From a bacterium (GTDB taxonomy: Bacteria > Hydrothermota > Tepidihabitantia > Tepidihabitantales > Tepidihabitantaceae): a stretch of 64,000 nucleotides of DNA. The notes below the pieces were generated by a model. That model was not told the origin of the DNA. It worked only from the letters and a program-made list of their open reading frames with translations, and searched no databases. The stretch lies in the NCBI GenBank assembly GCA_039793395.1, contig JBAMLV010000022.1, positions 2,897 through 66,896 on the forward strand. The letters are read 5' to 3'. The translations under genes and the position numbers were made by a program. This document shows, in pieces, positions 44,346 to 50,583 of this stretch; position 1 is the first letter of the stretch, and each line of letters begins with the position of its first letter.

Positions 44346-47300
44346 ATGGTGAATGAACCGCAGTTAAACGGTGTCCTCGTTATCGGGGGCGGAATCGGCG
44401 GGGTGCAGGCAGCACTGGATCTGGCTGAGGCGGGCAGGAAGGTTTATCTGGTAGAACGGGCACCCGCGATTGGCGGCTATATGGCGATGCTGGACAAAAC
44501 CTTTCCTACCAATGACTGCTCAATGTGTATCCTCAGTCCGAAACTGGTCAGCTGTGCCCGTCATCCGAACATTGAACTGCTGACGCTCAGCGAAGTGGTT
44601 GCCACCGCCGGCGAACCGGGCAACTTTTTGGTGAAAGTCCGGCGCTATGCCCGTTCGGTTGACCTTTCCCGGTGCACCGGCTGTGGTGACTGCCTGGAAA
44701 AGTGTCCGGTGAAAGTGCCCAGCGAGTTTGAGGGTGGACTGGCGCAGCGCCGGGCAATCTATCGTCTGTATGCCCAGGCTGTGCCCAATGCCCCCGTAAT
44801 TGACCGTCAGCACTGCCTTAAATTTACCAAGGACCGTTGTGGCAACTGTGCCCGGGTGTGCAAAGCCGGGGCGATTGATTACCGGCAGGATGATGAGGAG
44901 ATTGAAATCCGGGTCGGAGCAATCATTATTGCCGCCGGGAGCAAGATTTTTAACCCGGCGGTGCGGCCGGAGTTTGGCTATAAAAGGCTCGCCAATGTGG
45001 TGACCGCGCTGGAGTTTGAACGCATCCTCTCGGCATCCGGACCATACGGGGGCAGGGTCAAGCGGCCAGGAGACGGTGCGGAGCCGAAGAAGATCGCCTG
45101 GGTTCAGTGCTTCGGTTCCCGTGACGAGACAATTGGAAGCAGTTACTGCTCTTCGGTTTGCTGTATGTATGCCGCCAAGGAGGCGGTTATCGCCCGGGAG
45201 CACAATCCCGATATTGAGCCGACCGTTTTTTATATGGATATGCGTGCCTATGGCAAGGAGTTTGACCGTTATATTGAAAGGGCAGAAAGGCAATATGGGG
45301 TCCGGTTTGTGCGGGCACGGGTTGCTGAAATTCTGGAAGACCGGTTGACCGGCAGGCTGATTGTCCGTTATGCCGGTGATAATGGTCAACAGGCAGAAGG
45401 GTTTGACCTGGTGGTGCTTTCCTGTGGTCTGGTGCCAGAACCGGCGACCGGTTTGACCGTTGAACACAACCGGTTTGGTTTTCCACTGACCGACCTGATT
45501 GAACCGGTGAACGCTTCCCGGCGCGGGATATTTATCGCCGGCAGTTGTGCCCAACCGGTTGCCATTCCGGAAACCGTGACCGCGGCATCAGCAGCTGCGG
45601 TCAAGGCGCTGCCACTTACCGTTCCCGCGTCCCGGCGGTTCCAGCCAGAAGCAAGCCAAAAGGAAATCAATGTCGCCGGCATTGCCCCGCGAATCGGAGT
45701 TTTTGTCTGTAACTGCGGCATCAATATCGGCGGGGTGGTGCGTGTGCCCGAGGTGGTGGAGTATGCCCGGACCCTGCCCGGGGTGGTCTTTGTTGAGGAA
45801 AACCTTTATTCCTGTTCAGCTGATACTCTTGAGAAAATCAAGTCCCGGATAAAGGAACAAAACCTCAACCGGGTGGTGGTGGCTTCCTGTTCGCCGCGGA
45901 CCCATGAGCCGCTGTTTCAGGCAACCCTGAGCGAGGCGGGCTTGAATCCCCATCTGTTGGCGATGGCAAACATCCGGGACCAGTGTTCCTGGGTTCATCC
46001 GGACCGGGACCAGGCAACCGTCAAGGCAAAGGACCTGGTGAAAATGGCAGTGGCACGGGTTCGGCGTCAGCAGCCGCTGGCACCGGTCCGACTGCCGGTA
46101 ACCAAAGCCGGGCTGGTCGTGGGCGGCGGGATTGCCGGATTGGCAGCGGCGCGGGCGCTGGCAGATTCCGGGGTGGATGTTTTGCTGATCGAACGGGAAG
46201 CGGTGCTGGGTGGTGTGGCACGCCAGATTTACCGGACAATTGAAGGCGAAGATGTCCAGCAACGGCTGAACTCGTTGATTGAACAGGTTACCAATCATCC
46301 CCGAATCAGAGTTTATACCGGTGCCGAAATCAGAAGGGTTGACGGATTTGTCGGCTCGTTTGAGACCACGATTGCGGTCGCCGGCCGCGAAGAGCGATTT
46401 CGTCACGGGGTGGTGATTGTGGCGGTCGGAGCACAGTATCGCCAGCCAACAGAATATCAGTTTGGCAGTGACCCGCGGGTGCGGACCCAGCAGGAACTGG
46501 AAGAGATAATTGCCCGGCGGCCGGATGAGCTGCACAATCTCCACTCGGTGGTTATGATTCAATGTGTCGGCTCGCGTGAAGGGGAGCGGAACTACTGTTC
46601 GCGAATCTGTTGTGCCGAGGCGATTAAAAACGCCCTCGCCATTAAAAATCTGAACCCGGACTGTGAGGTATTCATTCTGTATCGGGATATCCGGACCTAT
46701 GGTTTCCGGGAGGAGTATTACCGTCAGGCAAGAGAACTGGGGGTGATATTTATCCGTTATGAAGTGGAGCGCAAACCGCAGGTGCAGGTGGCTGACAACG
46801 GTTTAACTGTGCAGGTTCACGAACCGGTGCTCGGACTTCCCCTGACACTCAAGCCGGACCTGCTGGTGCTTTCCACCGGCGTTGAGCCGCAGCCGGATGC
46901 CGAGCGGCTGGCACAAATGCTGAAGGTGCCACGGCAGCAGGATGGGTTCTTCCTTGAGGCGCACGCCAAGCTGCGGCCGGTTGATTTTGCCACCGAAGGT
47001 GTTTTTCTTGCCGGGCTGTGTCACTATCCTGAATTTATTGACGAGACCATCGCCTCGGCTCAAGCCGCGGCCGGTCGGGCTGCCACGGTGCTGGCACGGG
47101 ATTTTATTGAAGCCGAGCCCTATCAGGCGGTGGTTTCGCCTGAGCGCTGTTCCGCCTGCGGAATGTGTGCTGGATTATGTGCCTATCGGGCAATTGAAGT
47201 CCGGGTTGTTGAAGAGCGGACCGGGAAACGGGCAGCGGTGGTTAATCAGGCGATGTGTAAAGGGTGCGGCGCCTGTGCGGCAAACTGCCGGTCCGAAGCC

Positions 47301-47369
47301 ATTGACATCCGCGGGTTTGCCGCCGAAAATATCTGTCGGGAAATTGCCACGCTGTTCAGTGAATCTTAA
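44346..47369 (+). CDS. HdrA-HdrA tandem fusion flavoprotein (paralogue of the 1494-aa gene without the GltD insertion)
   Basis: Module 1 has VIGGGIGGVQAALDLA, TFPTNDCSMCILSPK, CTGCGDCLEKCP and CSSVCCMYAAKEAV. Module 2 has VFVCNCGINIGG, VVGGGIAGLAAARALA and CSRICCAEAIKNAL, with C-terminal CSACGMCAGLC and CKGCGACAANC. Confidence 0.8.
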   Translation: MVNEPQLNGVLVIGGGIGGVQAALDLAEAGRKVYLVERAPAIGGYMAMLDKTFPTNDCSMCILSPKLVSCARHPNIELLTLSEVVATAGEPGNFLVKVRRYARSVDLSRCTGCGDCLEKCPVKVPSEFEGGLAQRRAIYRLYAQAVPNAPVIDRQHCLKFTKDRCGNCARVCKAGAIDYRQDDEEIEIRVGAIIIAAGSKIFNPAVRPEFGYKRLANVVTALEFERILSASGPYGGRVKRPGDGAEPKKIAWVQCFGSRDETIGSSYCSSVCCMYAAKEAVIAREHNPDIEPTVFYMDMRAYGKEFDRYIERAERQYGVRFVRARVAEILEDRLTGRLIVRYAGDNGQQAEGFDLVVLSCGLVPEPATGLTVEHNRFGFPLTDLIEPVNASRRGIFIAGSCAQPVAIPETVTAASAAAVKALPLTVPASRRFQPEASQKEINVAGIAPRIGVFVCNCGINIGGVVRVPEVVEYARTLPGVVFVEENLYSCSADTLEKIKSRIKEQNLNRVVVASCSPRTHEPLFQATLSEAGLNPHLLAMANIRDQCSWVHPDRDQATVKAKDLVKMAVARVRRQQPLAPVRLPVTKAGLVVGGGIAGLAAARALADSGVDVLLIEREAVLGGVARQIYRTIEGEDVQQRLNSLIEQVTNHPRIRVYTGAEIRRVDGFVGSFETTIAVAGREERFRHGVVIVAVGAQYRQPTEYQFGSDPRVRTQQELEEIIARRPDELHNLHSVVMIQCVGSREGERNYCSRICCAEAIKNALAIKNLNPDCEVFILYRDIRTYGFREEYYRQARELGVIFIRYEVERKPQVQVADNGLTVQVHEPVLGLPLTLKPDLLVLSTGVEPQPDAERLAQMLKVPRQQDGFFLEAHAKLRPVDFATEGVFLAGLCHYPEFIDETIASAQAAAGRAATVLARDFIEAEPYQAVVSPERCSACGMCAGLCAYRAIEVRVVEERTGKRAAVVNQAMCKGCGACAANCRSEAIDIRGFAAENICREIATLFSES

Positions 47370-47392
47370 ACTACCGCCGGATTTATCCGGAA

Positions 47393-47833
47393 ATGGCGGA
47401 TAGTACCCGGAATCACCGTTACCGGCTGCGGGAACACACCGCCGACCTGAAGGTAGAAATTTATGGGCGGGATTTACCAGAGCTTTTTGTCAATGCCGCC
47501 TTCATGATTTTTGATGTGATGCTGGAGCTGGATCAAGTTGTTGAACAACAGGTGGAGACGGTGGAAATTAAATCGGCCGATTTGCCGGAATTGTTATTGG
47601 ACTGGCTCCGGGAACTGCTGTTTCTTTTTTCGGTGCGCGGTTTTGTCTGCCGGCAGGTGCGGATTTCGAGGCTGAGTTCCAAACCGGCAGAGCTGGAGGC
47701 GCTGCTTGCCGGCGAAACTTACGACCCCAAACGCCACGGGTTGAAAATTGAAATCAAGACACCGACCTATCATCAGTATGCGGTTGAAAGATTGCCCGAG
47801 GGCTACCGGGCGACGGTAGTATTTGATGTATAA
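47393..47833 (+). CDS. Archease
   Basis: YRLREHTADLKVEIYGRDLPELFVNAAFMIFDVM matches the archease N-terminal signature (EHTAD...G); 146 aa. Confidence 0.8.
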   Translation: MADSTRNHRYRLREHTADLKVEIYGRDLPELFVNAAFMIFDVMLELDQVVEQQVETVEIKSADLPELLLDWLRELLFLFSVRGFVCRQVRISRLSSKPAELEALLAGETYDPKRHGLKIEIKTPTYHQYAVERLPEGYRATVVFDV

Positions 47834-49006
47834 TTATTTTCGGTTCCGGGACAGCGGTGAAATTTCCCGCAGTCGCTTTACCACCTGTTCCATAACCTCA
47901 ATGGTGTAATCAATTTCCGCCTCGGTGTTTTCTTCTCCCAGCGAGAAGCGCATCACCGAGTTGCGATAGATTTCGGGAACACCGATTGCTTTGACGGTGG
48001 GGGATGGTTCCGGTTCACCGGAAGCGCAGGCGGAGCCGGAAGCAACGGCAATGCCTTCGAGGTCAAGGTTCATTAGCAGCGCCTCGCCTTCCACATAGGC
48101 AACACTGAAATGGCTGGTGTTGGGGAGTCTTTTTTCCGGATGACCATTCAGGCGGACATCGGCAATCCGATTGAGAATGCCATTTTCCAGCCGGTCCCGG
48201 AGTCGGCGAACTTTTTCGGCCTGCTGGGGCCATTCATTTTTGAGCAGCTCACACGCCTTGCCGATACCGATGATGCCGATAACATTTTCGGTGCCGGCGC
48301 GGAGTCCGCGCTGGTGATGTCCGCCGTGGATAAGGGGCTGAATTGGCGTCCCGCTTCTGATATAAAGCACACCGATACCTTTGGGAGCGCGGATTTTATG
48401 GCCGGAGATGGTTAACAGGTCAACCCCCAGTTCATCAACATCCAGCTTGACCTTGCCGGCAGCCGAGACGGCATCGGTATGAAAGAGCACACCCTGCTCG
48501 TGGCAGATGGCAGCAATTTCTTGAACCGGTTCAATGGTGCCGATTTCGTTATTGGCAAGCATCACACTCACCAGGGCGGTTGAACTGGTGATGGCTTTGC
48601 GCACATCATCGGGGTCCACAAGACCATAACCATCGACCGGGAGGTAGGTAATCTGCCATCCCATTTCCTGAAGATACTGGGTACTGCCCAGGACCGAAGC
48701 ATGCTCAATCGGGGTGGTTATCAGCTGCCGGCCGCGGCTCATCATTAATGCCACCGCCACGCCTTTGATCGCCCAGTTGTTTGCTTCGGTGCCACCACTG
48801 GTAAAGAATATTTCCTCCGGTTTGGCGTTTAAAAAGGCGGCAACCTGTTCCCGGGCGCGGGCAATGCCTTCAGCACACTCCCGCCCGAAGTAGTGGAGAT
48901 TGGAAGGATTGCCGAATACCGTGGTCAGATAGGGTTCAATTGCCTCTTTTACCCGGGGGTCAATCGGGGTTGTGGAGTTGTTGTCCAGATATACACGCAT
49001 TTTCAT
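47834..49006 (-). CDS. nifS: Cysteine desulfurase (NifS/IscS family, class V aminotransferase)
   Basis: VYLDNNSTTP N-terminus, PLP-lysine motif SGHKIRAPKGIG and the catalytic loop SGSACASG. Confidence 0.9.
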   Translation of the reverse strand: MKMRVYLDNNSTTPIDPRVKEAIEPYLTTVFGNPSNLHYFGRECAEGIARAREQVAAFLNAKPEEIFFTSGGTEANNWAIKGVAVALMMSRGRQLITTPIEHASVLGSTQYLQEMGWQITYLPVDGYGLVDPDDVRKAITSSTALVSVMLANNEIGTIEPVQEIAAICHEQGVLFHTDAVSAAGKVKLDVDELGVDLLTISGHKIRAPKGIGVLYIRSGTPIQPLIHGGHHQRGLRAGTENVIGIIGIGKACELLKNEWPQQAEKVRRLRDRLENGILNRIADVRLNGHPEKRLPNTSHFSVAYVEGEALLMNLDLEGIAVASGSACASGEPEPSPTVKAIGVPEIYRNSVMRFSLGEENTEAEIDYTIEVMEQVVKRLREISPLSRNRK

Positions 49007-49505
49007 TGCCGGTCTCCTTTTTAGTTTTTTGTTTAATCCCGGTTATCAATTCATAGATTATAATTAAAATTACTCCGATAACAACGAAGGCATCGGCAAG
49101 ATTGAAGGTAAACCACCGGAAATTTAGTCTTTTGATTCCAACATCTATAAAATCAATAACATAACCAAGTCGGAGGCGGTCAATCAGATTGCCGAGCGCA
49201 CCACCGAGGATTATTCCATAAGCACACCCGAGATAGGTGTTCAGGGTTTTAAATCCCAGTGCCAGCACAAGGAGAATGCCCATCAACTGGAGGGCGAAAT
49301 GAAGCCAGCCGGCGCCGAATGATATTCCGAAGACACCATAAGGGTTAGTAGTGTATGAAATTTTCAGAAAGTCGCCAATCAGGCGAATGGAAAGTGGAGC
49401 GCCCGGCTGGTTGAAGAGGCCGTAAACAATGGTTTTGGTCAACTGGTCAAAAAATAGCGCCAGGATAGCAGTCCAGACAAAAGAACGGCGCAGTGCAGCG
49501 GTCAT
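48960..49505 (-). CDS. lspA: Lipoprotein signal peptidase (signal peptidase II)
   Basis: GGALGNLIDRL and FNLADAFVVIG motifs, with four predicted TM segments. The 3' tail overlaps the nifS start. Confidence 0.9.
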   Translation of the reverse strand: MTAALRRSFVWTAILALFFDQLTKTIVYGLFNQPGAPLSIRLIGDFLKISYTTNPYGVFGISFGAGWLHFALQLMGILLVLALGFKTLNTYLGCAYGIILGGALGNLIDRLRLGYVIDFIDVGIKRLNFRWFTFNLADAFVVIGVILIIIYELITGIKQKTKKETGNENACISGQQLHNPD

Positions 49506-50455
49506 CAGGTTTGTTTTTCAGTCGCCGCTGCCATTTGGTCAATCCGGTCCGGGGTGTAGACTCTAATATGGTAGTGCTGGGCAAATTGGCTGGCTTCTTC
49601 AGTTAATCTGGGGGAGACGACAAGAATTATGTCCTGAGCACCGACATCGTATGCCTTGGCATAAAGTTTTATCACCGCTTCCGAATCAACATGCTGGGCA
49701 CCGGTGGCAAACCCGACAATGACCCGATGTTCGAGCGGTCCGGTATTTTTGATTGCCAGGATGTCAATCAGATGGACGGCGCCGGAGCGTCCCTTGACAT
49801 TAACCGATTCCTGAACTTCATAACCTTCACGGGTCAGCAGTTCCCGAATCCGGGCGCGCGGTATCCGCTCCTGCCGCAGACGGGTGACCTGGTCGGGATT
49901 CAGGGAGTATTTATAGAGTATCAGCTCCCGGATTTCATCCTTTTCGTAAGTGCGGTCACAGGAACGGCAGTGCCAGCGTTCAATCGGGGTGCGGGTAATT
50001 TCCTTACAGTCCGGGCAGCGATAGCGGTTCCCGAGGTCGTCATAGTCGCTTCCCAGTAACAGCAGTTCATTCCGGCACTTCGGGCAAACACGCCGGTCAT
50101 TCTGGATAAAATTTTCCACCGGTGCCGTATAGTTACAGGTGCGATGCCGGAACAGACGGGTGCGCCCAATTTCCAGGGAATTACATTTCGGGCAGTAAAG
50201 AGTAAGACCCAGGTCAGTGGAATTGCAGGCGGGACAGAAAAATACTCGCTCAGCAAACTGACGGTTCAAATATCCAAGATGGTACAGGTCTTCAAGTAAC
50301 TGAACCGCATATTCAGCGTCAACACCAAGTTGTGATTCAACCGCCTGGTAACTTACACCCTTCACCGTATGTGGTGCGAATACCGGTTCAAGACAATTGA
50401 GTTCCTGGTCAACCAGCAGTTCAAATAGTTTCAGCAACTTTGCGTCATTCAACAT
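49505..50455 (-). CDS. Zinc-ribbon-rich protein of unknown function (possibly a TackOD1-like Zn-ribbon module plus a C-terminal alpha/beta domain)
   Basis: CPACN...CPKC, CPKCRN...CPDC and CRSC motifs. The helical N-terminal region resembles a wHTH. The C-terminal VKGRSGAVHLIDILA...EHRVIVGF segment is vaguely nuclease-fold-like. ATG 50455 has GGAGG 5 nt upstream. Confidence 0.5.
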   Translation of the reverse strand: MLNDAKLLKLFELLVDQELNCLEPVFAPHTVKGVSYQAVESQLGVDAEYAVQLLEDLYHLGYLNRQFAERVFFCPACNSTDLGLTLYCPKCNSLEIGRTRLFRHRTCNYTAPVENFIQNDRRVCPKCRNELLLLGSDYDDLGNRYRCPDCKEITRTPIERWHCRSCDRTYEKDEIRELILYKYSLNPDQVTRLRQERIPRARIRELLTREGYEVQESVNVKGRSGAVHLIDILAIKNTGPLEHRVIVGFATGAQHVDSEAVIKLYAKAYDVGAQDIILVVSPRLTEEASQFAQHYHIRVYTPDRIDQMAAATEKQT

Positions 50456-50477
50456 AGCTTCCTCCAGCAGCGGATTC

Positions 50478-50505
50478 ATTATAATGCAAATCAGAGCGGA
50501 GTCAA
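50478..50505 (-). promoter_or_regulatory. Putative promoter (TTGACT-N16-TATAAT) of the Zn-ribbon/lspA/nifS operon
   Basis: Minus-strand read: TTGACT (50505-50500), 16 nt, TATAAT (50483-50478), followed by a ~22-nt leader containing GGAGG. Confidence 0.55.
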
Positions 50506-50548
50506 TCAAAATTTGTTAACCAAAATTCCGGGGAAAATGGCATTAAGA

Positions 50549-50577
50549 TTGACATTTGAAAGATAGTTTCTAATTAT
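50549..50577 (+). promoter_or_regulatory. Putative promoter TTGACA-N17-AATTAT, 6 nt upstream of the Na/Pi transporter ATG
   Basis: TTGACA at 50549-50554, AATTAT at 50572-50577, ATG at 50584, no SD. Confidence 0.4.
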
Positions 50578-50583
50578 TTAGTA

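Noticed and set aside
34427-45554. Large antisense or alternate-frame ORFs inside the hdr genes (for example 34427-35353 minus, 37840-39096 minus, 44520-45554 minus, 37033-37566 minus).
   Set aside because: They are Pro/Arg/Gly/His-rich low-complexity translations lying entirely within strongly supported, motif-rich genes on the other strand. These are typical shadow ORFs of GC-rich coding DNA.
37619-47369. In-frame TGA (selenocysteine) codons or frameshifts joining or splitting the HdrA modules, as occurs in some Hdr genes.
   Set aside because: Both giant ORFs are uninterrupted single frames with ordinary stops. I saw no in-frame TGA at the conserved Cys positions, so there is no evidence for recoding or for an assembly-induced fusion.
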